A stretch of DNA of 64,000 bases. Source: an uncultured bacterium. GTDB taxonomy: Bacteria > Krumholzibacteriota > Krumholzibacteriia > LZORAL124-64-63. The notes beneath the pieces are model-generated. The model saw only the letters and a list, made by a program, of their open reading frames with translations, was not told where the DNA came from and made no database searches. Below are positions 22,397 through 36,142 of the stretch, piece after piece. The stretch spans positions 143,274-207,273 of the forward strand of contig CAVSGO010000002.1 in NCBI GenBank assembly GCA_963727525.1. Direction: 5' to 3'. Made by a program: the position numbers and the translations under genes. Each line of letters starts with the position of its first letter. The stretch's first letter is position 1.

Positions 22397-23245
22397 GTGA
22401 AGAACCTCGCCCTCGATCGCGCGCTCGTCTGCTTCGATCTGGAGACGACCGGCACCGACGTCATGCGCGATCGCATCGTCCAGATCGCCGCCATCCGGGT
22501 GGAGCCCGACGGCTCGCGACAGACGCACAGCAGTCTCGTGAATCCCGGCTGTTCCATCCCTGCCGGAGCGACGGCGGTGCACGGCATCACCGATGCCGAC
22601 GTGGCCGACGCCCCGCCGTTCGCGATCCTCTGGCCGCGCCTGGCGTCGCTCTTTGCCGACGCCGACCTTGCCGGCTTCAACATGGTGAACTTCGATCTGC
22701 CGCTGCTCGAGGAGGAAGTGAGGCGTACCGGCGACGACCTCGCCGTGAGCGGTCGCCGTCTCCTCGACGCCATGCGCATCTTCCACCGCAAGGAACCGCG
22801 CGACCTCACGGCCGCGCTGAGGTTCTACTGCGACGAGGACCTCGCCGGCGCCCACGACGCGCTGGCCGACACCACGGCCACCCTCGACGTGCTCGACGCG
22901 CAGCTCGCCCGCTATCCCGACCTGCCGCGCGACGCGGCCGGTCTGCACGCGTTCTGCAATCCGCACGCCGATCTCTACCTCGATCGTACACGCCGCCTGC
23001 GCTGGAACGACGACGGCGACGCCGTGCTCGCCTTCGGCAAGCACGAGGGACGCACCCTGGAGGAGATGGTGGGATCGCGCGCGGGGCGCGGCTACCTCGA
23101 GTGGATGGTGAGCTCGGACTTCAAGCAGGACGTCAAGGATATCCTGCGCGAGGCGCTCGACGGTGTGTATCCTCGCCGCCACGGGGAGGATTCGGGCGAG
23201 ACTCGCGAGGCCTCCGGTCCGCCCAGCCTCTTTCCGGACATCTGA
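22397..23245 (+). CDS. DEDDh 3'-5' exonuclease (DNA Pol III epsilon-like)
   Basis: FDLETTG, GFNMVNFD, AHDALAD; C-terminal FGKH..YLEWM motif. Confidence 0.92.
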   Translation: MKNLALDRALVCFDLETTGTDVMRDRIVQIAAIRVEPDGSRQTHSSLVNPGCSIPAGATAVHGITDADVADAPPFAILWPRLASLFADADLAGFNMVNFDLPLLEEEVRRTGDDLAVSGRRLLDAMRIFHRKEPRDLTAALRFYCDEDLAGAHDALADTTATLDVLDAQLARYPDLPRDAAGLHAFCNPHADLYLDRTRRLRWNDDGDAVLAFGKHEGRTLEEMVGSRAGRGYLEWMVSSDFKQDVKDILREALDGVYPRRHGEDSGETREASGPPSLFPDI

Positions 23246-23359
23246 TTCCAGGTTTTCCTTCAATCTCCTCTCCGCATGGCCGAAAAGGCAGCCATGAGCT
23301 GTCGCCCGGCAGATCCGTCGCCCCGGACCCGTCGCCCTGTCGAGACAGGAGATTGAACG

Positions 23360-24265
23360 ATGACCACCGATATCACCGACGCGAGGTCCACACCCGATGC
23401 CGCGACGTCCCGGCGCCAGAAGGTCGACGTCCATGTGCTCGCGCGGATCGATCGTCTGCCCAGCCTCTCGTCCGTCGTCGCCGAGTTCCTGCAGCTATGC
23501 CGCAAGGAGTTCTTCACCGCCCGTGACTTCGAGGCCGTCATCGCCAAGGATCAGGCCCTCGTGGCCCGACTGTTGCGCGTGGCTAACAGCGCCATGTACG
23601 GCCGCCCTCGCAGCATCCGCGCGATCGCCGAGGCCGTGGTGCTGGTGGGGCTCGAGAGCATGACCAAGATGGTCTACGCCGTCAGCACCGAGGGCCTCAC
23701 CCGCAAGCGCCTCGTCAACTACGCCTACGACCCCAGCCGCGGCTTCTGGATGCACTCCACGGCCGTGGGGCTGGCGGCGCGCGCCCTCGCGGAGGCCCTG
23801 CCGTCGCGTCCCGTGCACCAGGAAGAAGCCTTCGTCTCCGGCCTGCTGCACGACGTGGGCAAGCTCGTCATCGACGACTTCCTCCCCCCGGTACCCGGCA
23901 AGCGCATGGTGACCAGACACGAGGAAGTGAGCGCCGTCGGTCTCGATCACGCCGAGCTGGCCGAGATCATCCTGGGTCAGTGGCGTCTGCCCGACTCCAT
24001 TGTCGAGGCCGTCCGCTATCACCACTGTCCCGACGAGGCGCCCGCCAATCCGAACGGGGCACGCCTGCTGATGCTCGCGCAGAACATCGTCGCCACCTGG
24101 CAGGTGGGTTTCCACACCCCCATCGACCTTGCCGCCGACTTCGACGCCGCGCCGAGCGCCTTGCTGATCCAGGCCCTGGGGCTACCGTCGAATAAACTCC
24201 CCCAGATTCTCTGGGACATCCGGCAGCAGCTGGCCAGCATCGAGAAGATGTACCCCGAGGCCTGA
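23360..24265 (+). CDS. HDOD domain protein
   Basis: LPSL, DQALVARLLRVANSA, FWMHS, GLLHDVGKL, WRLP..IVEAVRYHH. Confidence 0.92.
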   Translation: MTTDITDARSTPDAATSRRQKVDVHVLARIDRLPSLSSVVAEFLQLCRKEFFTARDFEAVIAKDQALVARLLRVANSAMYGRPRSIRAIAEAVVLVGLESMTKMVYAVSTEGLTRKRLVNYAYDPSRGFWMHSTAVGLAARALAEALPSRPVHQEEAFVSGLLHDVGKLVIDDFLPPVPGKRMVTRHEEVSAVGLDHAELAEIILGQWRLPDSIVEAVRYHHCPDEAPANPNGARLLMLAQNIVATWQVGFHTPIDLAADFDAAPSALLIQALGLPSNKLPQILWDIRQQLASIEKMYPEA

Positions 24266-24303
24266 CCTCGCCTCGCCTGAGCCAAGCTCCTTCGTCGCCG
24301 ATG

Positions 24304-24321
24304 TTTTTGTTGCGACAAAAA
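24304..24321. promoter_or_regulatory. AT-rich palindrome, candidate operator for the DtxR-family repressor
   Basis: tttttgt-tgcg-acaaaaa, about 95 bp upstream of the dtxR-feo operon. Confidence 0.45.
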
Positions 24322-24414
24322 TAATTTGGGGCCAACGACTTCCGGCGCTTATCATGGGAGGTGCGGGTGCGTGGAGGGCGAGTGGAGACGGATGTCGGAC
24401 AAGGGGAAAGACCC

Positions 24415-24864
24415 ATGGCGAACGAGGTCAGCGCCAGCCTTGAAGACTACCTGGAGGCGATCCTCCACATCGTGGACGCCAAGCAGGCGGCCCGTGCGAA
24501 GGATATCGTCGACCGGCTCGGCGTGCACAACTCGTCGGTGACGCAGGCGCTGCGCGCGCTGTCGGAGAAGGGGCTCGTGAACTATGCGCCCTACGACATC
24601 GTCACCCTCACCGACGAGGGGCGGCGCATCGCCGCCGACGTGGCGAAACGCCACCAGGCGTTGCGCCAGTTTCTGGTGGAAGTGCTCGGCATCTCCCTGG
24701 AGCGCGCCGAGACCGAGGCGTGCCGTCTCGAGCATGCGGTCTCCGGCCAGGTGATCAATCGTATCTCCAAGCTCATCGAGTTCCATCGCGAAAACCCGTG
24801 CGGGATGTGCCGCTGGGACGAGGCGCAGAACGGCTTTGTGGCCCGGGTGGCCGCGAAGGAGTGA
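24415..24864 (+). CDS. DtxR/MntR family metal-dependent repressor
   Basis: SLEDYLEAI, SSVTQAL, YAPY, RHQALRQFL, EACRLEH. Confidence 0.93.
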   Translation: MANEVSASLEDYLEAILHIVDAKQAARAKDIVDRLGVHNSSVTQALRALSEKGLVNYAPYDIVTLTDEGRRIAADVAKRHQALRQFLVEVLGISLERAETEACRLEHAVSGQVINRISKLIEFHRENPCGMCRWDEAQNGFVARVAAKE

Positions 24865-24868
24865 GACG

Positions 24869-25084
24869 ATGCCGCTGGCCTTGGTGAAGGAGGGAACCCG
24901 CGCAATCCTGCGTTCCATCAATGGTGGACACGGCCTGCGCGGCCGCCTCGCGGCGCTGGGGCTGATTCCGGGCGCCGAGATCGAGGTGCTGCGCAACGCA
25001 GGCCGTGGCCCTTTCGTCGTCGCCGTGGGTGGTGCCCGCCTGGTGCTGGGCCGCGGCATGGCGATGCAGATCGAGGTCGAGTGA
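24869..25084 (+). CDS. feoA: Ferrous iron transport protein A
   Basis: RLAALGLIPGAEIEVL..GP...LVLGRGMA (SH3-like); lies upstream of feoB. Confidence 0.92.
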   Translation: MPLALVKEGTRAILRSINGGHGLRGRLAALGLIPGAEIEVLRNAGRGPFVVAVGGARLVLGRGMAMQIEVE

Positions 25085-25109
25085 TCGCAGCGACCGCGAG
25101 TCCACTCCG

Positions 25110-27233
25110 ATGAGCGCCGAACTGGCGGCGGCGAAGCGGTCGCGACGTCTGACCATGGCCCTTGCCGGCAATCCGAATTCGGGCAAGACGACGATCTTCA
25201 ATCGGCTCACGGGCGCGCGTCAACGCGTGGGCAACTACCCGGGCGTCACGGTCGAGTGGAAGGAAGGTGTGCGCCGCACGACCGAGGCGGAGCTGCGCGT
25301 CTTCGACCTGCCGGGCATCTACAGCCTCACCACGCTCAGCGACGAGGAGCTGGTGGCGCGCGATTACCTGCTGCGCCAGCGTCCCGACGTGGTCGTGAAC
25401 GTGGTCGATGCCAGCAACCTGGCGCGCAATCTCTACCTCACCATGGAGCTGCTCGAGCTGAAGGTGCCCCTCGTCGTCGTGCTCAACATGAGCGACGTCG
25501 CCTTGAGTCAAGGCATGCTCATCGATGCGAAGGCGCTCGCCCATCGCCTCGGCGTTCCGGTGGTGCCGGCCATCGGCTCGCGAGGTGAGGGCACGGACGC
25601 CATCGAGCGCGCCGTCCTCGACGTCGGTCTCGGGCGCAACAGTTTCCATCCCGTACGTCCGGATCTCGGCGCCCGCGTGGAAGCCCAGATCGCGGAGCTG
25701 ACGCCGCACATCGCGCGCGCGCCCCTTGCCGGGCTCACCGGACCCGATCGCTGGATCGCCATCAAGCTGCTCGAGAACGACCCTCAGGTGCACGGCCTCA
25801 TCACCGACGACGCCCTGCGCGCGGCCGCCGCGCAAGCCACGCGCGCCCTCGACGAGGGCATCAACACGCCCAGCGACATCGTCATGGCGCGGCAGCGGTA
25901 CGCCTTCATCCAGGATGTCTGCCAGGGCGCGTTGCGCATTGGTCCGCGCCCGGTGGGTAGCCTGAGCGACCGCATCGATCGCTGGGCCATGCACCCCGTG
26001 TGGGGCCTGCCCATCTTCCTGGTCTCCATGTTCGTGGTCTTCACGCTCACCTTCACGGCAGGCAATCCCCTGATGAACCTGGTGGAGGCAGGGTTCTCCT
26101 GGCTCGCGAGCTTCGTCAGCAGCTTCTGGCCCGCCGGCAGCGACAGCGCCCTGCGTTCTCTCCTGGTGGACGGTGTCATCAGCGGCGTGGGCGGCGTGCT
26201 CGTGTTCCTGCCCAACATCGTGCTGCTCTTCCTGGCCATCGCCGTGCTCGAGGGCACGGGCTACATGACGCGCGCGGCCTTCGTGATGGACCGCTTCATG
26301 AGCCGCGTGGGCCTGCACGGCAAGAGCTTCATTCCGCTGCTCATCGGCTTCGGCTGCACCGTGCCGGCGATCCTCGCCACCCGCACGCTCGAGACCAAGC
26401 GCGACCGCCTCATCACCATGCTCGTGCTGCCGCTCATGAGCTGCGGCGCACGCCTGCCGATCTACGCGCTCATCATCCCCGCCTTCTTCGCCACCAGGTG
26501 GCAGGGGCCGGTCCTGTGGGTGATCTACCTCACGGGTATCGTGCTGGCCCTCGTCGGCGCCAAGATGCTCCGTCAAACCGTGTTCCGCGGCGAGACCACG
26601 CCCTTCCTCATGGAATTGCCGCCGTACCACTGTCCCACGGTCGGCAGTCTGGCCGCGCAGGCCGGCACCCGCGCCTGGCTGTACCTGAAGAAGGCCGGTA
26701 CGGTGATCCTGGGCGCCTCGATCATCCTGTGGTTCCTCACCAGCTACCCCAAGCTGCCGGCCACGACGCCCTCGGTACCTCCCGCCGGCACCGCGACGAT
26801 GACCACGGTCGACACAGGCGCTGACGCGGCCGCGGCCGCCATGCAGTACTCCTTCGCGGGCCGCGTGGGCCATGCCCTGACGCCGATGCTGCATCCCATG
26901 GGCTTCGACTGGCGCATCGGCACGGCCTTGATCGGCGCCTTCGCCGCCAAGGAGGTCTTCGTGGCGCAGATGGGCATCGTCTACGCCGTGGGCGGCGCCG
27001 ACGAGACCTCGCAGGCCCTGCGCGCCCAGCTCCGGCGGCACTACTCGCCCCTCGTGGGGTTCTGCATCATGCTCTTCTGCCTCATCGCCACGCCGTGCAT
27101 GTCGACCGTCGCGGCCACCCGCCAGGAGAGCGGAAGCTGGCGGTGGGCCCTGACCCAGTTCTGGGGCCTGACCTTCCTGGCGTGGGCCCTGACGGCAATC
27201 GTCTACCAGGTGGGTACGCGCTTCCTGGCCTGA
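25110..27233 (+). CDS. feoB: Ferrous iron transport protein B
   Basis: [54 protein letters not shown]. Confidence 0.97.
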   Translation: MSAELAAAKRSRRLTMALAGNPNSGKTTIFNRLTGARQRVGNYPGVTVEWKEGVRRTTEAELRVFDLPGIYSLTTLSDEELVARDYLLRQRPDVVVNVVDASNLARNLYLTMELLELKVPLVVVLNMSDVALSQGMLIDAKALAHRLGVPVVPAIGSRGEGTDAIERAVLDVGLGRNSFHPVRPDLGARVEAQIAELTPHIARAPLAGLTGPDRWIAIKLLENDPQVHGLITDDALRAAAAQATRALDEGINTPSDIVMARQRYAFIQDVCQGALRIGPRPVGSLSDRIDRWAMHPVWGLPIFLVSMFVVFTLTFTAGNPLMNLVEAGFSWLASFVSSFWPAGSDSALRSLLVDGVISGVGGVLVFLPNIVLLFLAIAVLEGTGYMTRAAFVMDRFMSRVGLHGKSFIPLLIGFGCTVPAILATRTLETKRDRLITMLVLPLMSCGARLPIYALIIPAFFATRWQGPVLWVIYLTGIVLALVGAKMLRQTVFRGETTPFLMELPPYHCPTVGSLAAQAGTRAWLYLKKAGTVILGASIILWFLTSYPKLPATTPSVPPAGTATMTTVDTGADAAAAAMQYSFAGRVGHALTPMLHPMGFDWRIGTALIGAFAAKEVFVAQMGIVYAVGGADETSQALRAQLRRHYSPLVGFCIMLFCLIATPCMSTVAATRQESGSWRWALTQFWGLTFLAWALTAIVYQVGTRFLA

Positions 27234-27260
27234 CCCGCCCCCACGAAGGCGAGGACCCGC

Positions 27261-27470
27261 ATGTTCGAGAACATCCTCGTCGGACTCATCGTCCTGAGCG
27301 CCGTGATCTGGGCCGTCCGCGCGGCCGTGAAAGAGGTCCGCCAGCGCCAGACCCCCGCCCCCGGCTGCAGCTGTTCGTCCTCGAGCCACTGCGCCACGCT
27401 CGCGGCCCGGCGCAAGGCGGTGCAGCGGGAGGCGGAGAAGGCGGAGGTGGCGCAGACGGCGAAACGGTAG
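27261..27470 (+). CDS. FeoB-associated Cys-rich small membrane protein
   Basis: N-terminal TM segment followed by [10 protein letters not shown]; directly after feoB. Confidence 0.8.
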   Translation: MFENILVGLIVLSAVIWAVRAAVKEVRQRQTPAPGCSCSSSSHCATLAARRKAVQREAEKAEVAQTAKR

Positions 27471-27622
27471 ATCGCCGGTATACGATATGCTGCCGCCCGG
27501 CCCCGGCCCTTCGTTTCTATGGGCTAAAGATACTGCTTAATTCGGCGATACTGGCTTCGAGAAGTAGCGGCACCAAAATGGCGCCGACTCACGGGCATCG
27601 AAGTACCCAGCCGAAGTCGATC

Positions 27623-29431
27623 ATGACGATTCGTAGAAAACTCCGACGGATCGTTCTCGTCACCGGTGGCCTCGCCGTGGTCACGGTCGCTGCCGTCCTG
27701 CTGCCCACGAGTTACCGTCGCGATAGCCAGATGATCACCGACCAGGCGACGACCCTCGCCGACGTGGTGGGCGACGCCTGCGCGGCGTCGTTGCTATTCA
27801 ATGACCCGGCGGCAGCGACCGGTTTGCTGCGTTCCTTGCAGCAGGCCCCTGAGATCGAACACGCCTATCTGTACCGTCCCGATCACACCGTCTTCGCCAC
27901 TTACGGGACAACGATCCCTGGTGACTGCCTCGAGGTGACGCGCGTCCTCAAGCTCGACGGCGAATTCATCGGCACGATCCAGGTCTCTGCCAGCCTTGCG
28001 CCGGCACGACGCGCCCTCATGCAGCTCCTCGTCACGTTCCTGATCGCCGCGGCCCTTGCCGTGATCTTCGTCATGTTCTTCGCGGACCGTCTCGGGCATG
28101 TCGTCACCGGGCCCATCCGTAATCTCGCGGTAGCGGCCGGTCAGATCTCGCGCGATCACGACATCGGCCTGCGAGTGGCGCGGACCTCTTCGGATGAGAC
28201 CGGCGATCTCGTCGATGCGTTCAATGGCATGCTCGCCGAGATCGAGGCGACGACGGCGGCCAAAGAGAAATCCGACGCGGCCAATCGCGCGAAGAGTCAA
28301 TTCCTGGCGAACATGAGTCACGAGATCCGCACGCCGATGAACGGTGTCCTCGGCATGACCAGCCTGCTGGCCGACTCTCCGCTCGATGCGGAGCAACGCG
28401 GCTGTGTCGACGCGATTCTCGGATCCGCCAGTTCGCTGATGACGATCATCAACGATATTCTCGATTTCACGAAGTTCGAGGACGGCAAGATCCAGTTCGA
28501 TCGAATGCCTTTCAGTTTTCCGCAGGCGATCCATGATGTCGTCGACCTGCTGAAGGGCGGTGCCGAGGCCAAGGGAATCGCGATCTCCGTCCGCATCGAC
28601 GCCGGCGACGGGACCTGGGTGGTCGGCGACGCCGGACGTGTGCGCCAGATCGTGACGAACATCGTCGGCAACGCGATCAAGTTCACGATGGAGGGCTCGG
28701 TCACCATCGAGGCGAGCTGGCAAACCGACACGGCGATCCGAGGAACGTGGGTCGTCGTCATCACCGACACCGGGATCGGTATGGATCCCAGCCAGATCGA
28801 GGGCCTCTTCGAGAGATTCCGCCAGGCCGACGAGACGACGACACGGCGATTCGGCGGCACGGGACTCGGGCTGGCCATCGCCCGGCAATTCGCCGAGGCG
28901 ATGGGCGGTACGGTGGTGGCGTCCAGTCGCCTCGGCCAGGGATCGCGTTTCGAGATCTCGCTGCCATGCGAACGCGCCGAGGGCCATGCCGATGGTGCGC
29001 CGTCTGATCCTCCGGCGGCGTCGACGACGACCCGGACAGCTCTGCCGCCGGCGCGCATCCTGGTCGTCGAAGACAATGCGGTCAACCAGAAGGTCGCCCG
29101 CATGATGCTGGAAAAGCTCGGTATGCAGGTTGAGGTCATCGGCAACGGTGCCGACGCGATTCCCGCAGTCGAGCACGGCTCGTTCGACCTCGTGCTCATG
29201 GACTGCCAGATGCCCGTGATGGACGGCTACGAGGCCACGGCGGCTATCCGAGCCCTGGGTGGCCGTGGCCGCGACATACCGATCGTCGCCTTGACGGCAC
29301 ACGCGATGGCGGGCGACCGCGCTCGCTGCCTCACGGCCGGGATGGACGACTATCTCGTCAAGCCTCTCGCGAGCGACGCACTTGTCGCCTGTCTCGACCG
29401 CGGGCTCGTGGCGCTGCGGGCGCCTGTGTGA
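27623..29431 (+). CDS. Hybrid histidine kinase/response regulator (CHASE8-like sensor, HAMP, HisKA, HATPase, REC)
   Basis: AASLLFND...AYLY...FATY sensor; [14 protein letters not shown]-box [25 protein letters not shown] motifs VEDN and LMDCQMP. An alternative start at 27578 is possible. Confidence 0.93.
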   Translation: MTIRRKLRRIVLVTGGLAVVTVAAVLLPTSYRRDSQMITDQATTLADVVGDACAASLLFNDPAAATGLLRSLQQAPEIEHAYLYRPDHTVFATYGTTIPGDCLEVTRVLKLDGEFIGTIQVSASLAPARRALMQLLVTFLIAAALAVIFVMFFADRLGHVVTGPIRNLAVAAGQISRDHDIGLRVARTSSDETGDLVDAFNGMLAEIEATTAAKEKSDAANRAKSQFLANMSHEIRTPMNGVLGMTSLLADSPLDAEQRGCVDAILGSASSLMTIINDILDFTKFEDGKIQFDRMPFSFPQAIHDVVDLLKGGAEAKGIAISVRIDAGDGTWVVGDAGRVRQIVTNIVGNAIKFTMEGSVTIEASWQTDTAIRGTWVVVITDTGIGMDPSQIEGLFERFRQADETTTRRFGGTGLGLAIARQFAEAMGGTVVASSRLGQGSRFEISLPCERAEGHADGAPSDPPAASTTTRTALPPARILVVEDNAVNQKVARMMLEKLGMQVEVIGNGADAIPAVEHGSFDLVLMDCQMPVMDGYEATAAIRALGGRGRDIPIVALTAHAMAGDRARCLTAGMDDYLVKPLASDALVACLDRGLVALRAPV

Positions 29432-29455
29432 CCTCTCGTCTCATCGACCCAGATC

Positions 29456-30013
29456 CTACCGTCGTTCGGCCAGGCGCAGGAGATGCGAGCTGATCGTCAA
29501 ACCCGCCCGCTCGGCCCTGGCCTGGTCGATGGCGAAGCGGACTCGATCACCCTCGATCACGAAGGAGATGATGCCGCCGGCATCCAGGAAGTCGTCGTCC
29601 TCGCCGATCGTGAGGATGGGGCGTGTGCCGAGCCACGCCAGGTTCTTCCAGCGCGGATGATCACTTCGGGCGATGTGGCCGATTTCCGCGGGAACGAACA
29701 GGATGTCGCATCCCGAGGCGAGGACATCCGGATCCAGGCCGTGTCGGATCTCGACTCGCGAATGCGCCGTACCGGCGGCCACCGCCGCGTCGAGTGCGTC
29801 GGACAGGGGGGAATCGCCCACGATGGCCACCACGAGGCGGTCGCGCGACGGACCGGTACCGGCCGGCCACGTCACGAACCTCACGAATCGCAGCATAAAC
29901 GCAGCCTTGACCTGGTATTCCCCGCTCGGCGCCACACCGTTTCCCGGTGGCGCGGCCATCGCCGTCAGGCAGATCGCGAGCATACCAGCAATGGCGGCCA
30001 TACGCCGAAGCAT
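29456..30013 (-). CDS. YfiR family periplasmic protein (DUF4154)
   Basis: EYQVKAAFMLRFVRFVTWP...LTIGE...GGIISF...RVRFAID...GLTISSHLLRLA. Confidence 0.9.
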   Translation of the reverse strand: MLRRMAAIAGMLAICLTAMAAPPGNGVAPSGEYQVKAAFMLRFVRFVTWPAGTGPSRDRLVVAIVGDSPLSDALDAAVAAGTAHSRVEIRHGLDPDVLASGCDILFVPAEIGHIARSDHPRWKNLAWLGTRPILTIGEDDDFLDAGGIISFVIEGDRVRFAIDQARAERAGLTISSHLLRLAERR

Positions 30014-32034
30014 CAAAACTCCACTCGCCCCGAGATCGAGACGTGACGCGGGATCGCTGCAGTCGAACCATCGATCGAAACCTGCGGAATGTACTCCCGG
30101 TGCGCCGAATGCAGGTAGTCGGCCACCGTGACGGCGAACTCGAGGCCGTGTCGGGGCTGCCAGCGTAGGCGCGTCGTCATCTCGCCGTACCCCGGAAGCC
30201 CGTTGTCGCCGAGCACACCGACGCGCCGCCAGGCGGTTTCGAGGCCCAGGCGCGACGATAGTGCCAGCGAGGCCCATGCGTAGATCTGATGCTGAGGCGA
30301 GTTCGACTGGTCGATGAGCGCCGCGGCGTCCGGATAGTCGGCTGCCGGCTCGTTCCGCCAGCGCAGCAACGACCACGCGGCCCGCAAGCGACAACCCGCG
30401 ACGGGGTGCGCGTCGAGCGCGATCTCCCCGCCCCAGGTCTGGGCGCTTAGACCATTGGCTGCCACGTTCGGTATCTCGAGATAAGGGACGCCGTCGAGGA
30501 AAGCCGGTTGCGGCGCCTGGGTCACGGCGACGCTGAGATCGCGATAGTGATTCCAGAACGCCGCGGCGTCGATGGCGACATTGGCATGGGGAACGATCCG
30601 GTACCCCAGCTCCCACGCCACCATCGATTCCTGGTGCACGGATTCGGCGCCCTTGTACCGGACGATGGCAGCGGGCGCGTCCGGCGCGAGGACGCCGGCC
30701 GGGATGACCTCCTGGGTCCAGCTGATGTCCTGCTCGGCGTATGACGGCGAACGGGTCGAGCGAGCCACCGAAGCCCAGAGTGTCTGGTTGGCGCGCGGTG
30801 TCCAGATCAGGCGCAGGTTCGGCTGGAGCTCGGCGTCGACGTGTTGCGCTTTCTCCACCTTGACCCCGGCAAGCACCCCGAACACGCCAGGCGCCACGGT
30901 GATCTCGTCCTGGACGAACGCATTGGCGATCCAGTCGCGATCGATGGCGTCGCGAAAACCGATCGTGAAACTGTCGACGAAACGCGCGTGCGTCCAGCGC
31001 GCACCCGTTCCCCACACGAGATCGTGATTTCCCGAACGAAAGCGGTGGTTGAAGTCGATGTCGAGCTGGTGGATGTGCATCTCGGAATCCGAGTACTCAA
31101 CGATGTCACCGTTCCAGTACACCTGCATAGCGAAGGACGACGCCGGCCCGGTGACGCGCTGCCAGCGGCCGACCGCGGCCATTTGCCGATCACGGTTGGT
31201 GAGCTGCTGGAATGTGGTATAGGGCGGCGTGACTCCGGTGATGGTGCGGCCGGTCTGCTGCGCGTGACTGTTCGTGGCGTTGAGTTGCAGGCTCAACTCG
31301 TCATGGATCGACGGCACGAGATTCAGCTGCAGAGCGGCGATCGTCCGCCACGCCTCGTCGTTTCCGAATGGCTCGCTCCCGATATCGGCCGGGCCGCTGG
31401 CGTCATGGCTGACGTCGACTCTCATGGCGCCAACGTTGCCAAAGGGTGCTCCGTAGCGCACGACTCCGCGCGCCGTGTCGAAGTCGCCGCCTTCTGCCAC
31501 GACGAGGCCACCGAGCGTCCGGCTGGCGTTCTTGGTGATGATGTTGATGACGCCATTGACGGCATTGGTGCCCCACATCGTGGCTCCGGGCCCCCGGATG
31601 ACCTCGATGCGCTCGATGTCTTCCATCGTCACGCCAAGCGCTTCCCACATCACACCCGAGAAGATCGGCGTGTAGACCGTCCGACCATCGACGAGGACCA
31701 GCAGCTTGTTCGCGAAGCGGTTGTTGAAGCCGCGGACACTGACGGCCCAGCGGCTGCCGTCCACGCGCGCCACGTCGACGCCGGGAACCAGCCGCAGGGC
31801 TTCCGGCACCGACCGGAATCCGAAACGCTGGATATCATCAGCCGTGACGACGTAGGCGGCCGCGGCGGTATGGGCCAGACTCGTGGCCTTCTTCGCGGCC
31901 GACACCACCGGTACGTCGAGGAGCTCCTCGAGCGACAGGTCGGCCAAGGGGGGGCCGTCATCGGCCGCCGACGGCAGAGCGCTACCGACCGCGAGGCCAG
32001 CAACAAGCAAGACTCCTAGGAATCTGGTCAGCAC
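30013..32034 (-). CDS. TonB-dependent receptor
   Basis: LSLEELLDVPVVSAAK; plug motifs EALRLVPGVDVAR and ERIEVIRGPGATMWG; C-terminal Phe; SD GGAGGT before the GTG start. Confidence 0.93.
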   Translation of the reverse strand: MLTRFLGVLLVAGLAVGSALPSAADDGPPLADLSLEELLDVPVVSAAKKATSLAHTAAAAYVVTADDIQRFGFRSVPEALRLVPGVDVARVDGSRWAVSVRGFNNRFANKLLVLVDGRTVYTPIFSGVMWEALGVTMEDIERIEVIRGPGATMWGTNAVNGVINIITKNASRTLGGLVVAEGGDFDTARGVVRYGAPFGNVGAMRVDVSHDASGPADIGSEPFGNDEAWRTIAALQLNLVPSIHDELSLQLNATNSHAQQTGRTITGVTPPYTTFQQLTNRDRQMAAVGRWQRVTGPASSFAMQVYWNGDIVEYSDSEMHIHQLDIDFNHRFRSGNHDLVWGTGARWTHARFVDSFTIGFRDAIDRDWIANAFVQDEITVAPGVFGVLAGVKVEKAQHVDAELQPNLRLIWTPRANQTLWASVARSTRSPSYAEQDISWTQEVIPAGVLAPDAPAAIVRYKGAESVHQESMVAWELGYRIVPHANVAIDAAAFWNHYRDLSVAVTQAPQPAFLDGVPYLEIPNVAANGLSAQTWGGEIALDAHPVAGCRLRAAWSLLRWRNEPAADYPDAAALIDQSNSPQHQIYAWASLALSSRLGLETAWRRVGVLGDNGLPGYGEMTTRLRWQPRHGLEFAVTVADYLHSAHREYIPQVSIDGSTAAIPRHVSISGRVEF

Positions 32035-32380
32035 GCAGACACCTCCAGGGTTCGGTTGCTTGCACCCTGCAGGTCCCGGACCAGGTGTCGGCGACACTGC
32101 GTTCCGGCGAAAACGACCTTCCTGAGCGCGAATAAGGACATCCGTAGCCCGCGGCCACCGGCGTTTCGGATGGCGAACCAGCGATCGTTCCCGTGCGAAC
32201 ATGGGTGAAAACCGGCCACGAGAACGAGCCGACGCGGCCACGTGTCTTGTCATGACATTGTGACACTGTTTGGGTGTGCGGGGTCATGGTGGCGCCCGGG
32301 CCACTCGAAGCGTGCACGGGTGTATCACTGTAATCTGTTGTATTTATTTGGTTTAATTTATCTCTTGCTGGTGTTGATTC

Positions 32381-32397
32381 CCGGCACACCCCATGCA
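32381..32397 (+). promoter_or_regulatory. Putative sigma54 promoter upstream of clpB
   Basis: CCGGCACACCCCATGCA: GG(32383)-N10-GC, with an AT-rich tract at about 32330-32362. Confidence 0.55.
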
Positions 32398-32438
32398 AAT
32401 GCTTGGCTGAACAAACGTATCCGAATCGAGGAGGCCCC

Positions 32439-35063
<2,625 letters not shown>

Positions 35064-35066
35064 GCG

Positions 35067-35837
35067 ATGTTCTTCCGTGACCGTCGGCATCGGCGCGACG
35101 CCCTCATGCAGACCCCGGCGCCGGCGGCGTGGGACGAGATCCTGCACCGCCGCGTGCCTTACGTGCAGCGGTTGAACGCCGACGACCGCCATGAGCTGCT
35201 CGGCAAGATGCAGGTCTTCCTCGCCGAGAAGCACTTCGAGGGCTGCGGCGGGCTGGAATTGACAGACGAGATCGAGGTGACGATCGCCGCCCAGGCTTGC
35301 ATCCTGCTGTTGCACCGCGACACCGACTTCTACCCCGACCTCGACTCCATCCTCGTCTACCCGCACGCCTACGTGGCACCAGTCGCCCAGCGCCTTCCCG
35401 ACGGCACGGTCCTCGAGGGATCGCAGGTACGGCTGGGCGAGTCGTGGGTGCGCGGTGCGGTCGTGCTGTCATGGGACGACGTCGTCGCGGGCGCGGCCGA
35501 CATCCACGACGGCCACAACGTCGTCCTGCACGAGTTCGCCCATCAACTCGATAACGAGATGGGCTACGGCGATGGCGCCCCCGCACTGCCGCACCACTCG
35601 ATGTACGTCGCCTGGGCGCGCGTGCTCGGCGCCGAGTACGCGCATCTCATCGCCGCGATCCACGAGAACCGTCCCACGGTGCTCGACCCCTACGGCGCCA
35701 CCAACCCCGCCGAGTTCTTCGCCGTGGCCACCGAGGCGTTCTTCGAGAAGGCCGACCTGCTGAAACGCCTGCACCCGGCGTTGTACGACCAGCTCCGGAC
35801 GTTCTACCAGCAGGATCCGGCGAGCACGACGATGTGA
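35067..35837 (+). CDS. MtfA-like zinc peptidase (M90 family)
   Basis: IAAQAC, GESW, NVVLHEFAHQLD, YGATNPAEFFAVATEAFFE. Confidence 0.92.
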   Translation: MFFRDRRHRRDALMQTPAPAAWDEILHRRVPYVQRLNADDRHELLGKMQVFLAEKHFEGCGGLELTDEIEVTIAAQACILLLHRDTDFYPDLDSILVYPHAYVAPVAQRLPDGTVLEGSQVRLGESWVRGAVVLSWDDVVAGAADIHDGHNVVLHEFAHQLDNEMGYGDGAPALPHHSMYVAWARVLGAEYAHLIAAIHENRPTVLDPYGATNPAEFFAVATEAFFEKADLLKRLHPALYDQLRTFYQQDPASTTM

Positions 35838-36142
35838 GGCGCGGCGCCTGGCGCCGGCACCATGGTCCGCGGGGCCGGTGACATGGGACGAGGTGAACCA
35901 GATCGCGGGCCTGCCGGACGCGCAGTAGCGGACCTCGTTGAAGAAGAGAAGATCCACACCACGGCCGTCGCGTAGCCGGGCGCAAGCCGCCACGGAGACC
36001 TGTTTCAAGAGGGGGACCGGGCTGAAGCATCAGCACCGGCGTTGTACAAGCCATTGCGTCTGTTTTATCGGCGGGATCCGGGGAGTGCGACGCCTTGAGA
36101 TACGTCGACGAGAGTCTCCTCCTGAACGAAAACCACACAATA

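Noticed and set aside
27567-27583. Third sigma54-like motif (CGGCACCAAAATGGC) before the hybrid kinase
   Set aside because: The GG-N10-GC spacing fits, but the -12 element is poor and such matches are frequent at this GC content.
32295-32400. CIRCE or sigma32 promoter upstream of clpB
   Set aside because: There is no TTAGCACTC-N9-GAGTGCTAA. CCCCAT is present, but the candidate -35 boxes lie 10 or 19 bp away, outside the usual spacing.
35840-36120. ncRNA or small gene between mtfA and the hip locus
   Set aside because: No recognisable RNA structure or credible start; at most a gene remnant (..PVTWDEVNQIAGLPDAQ*).
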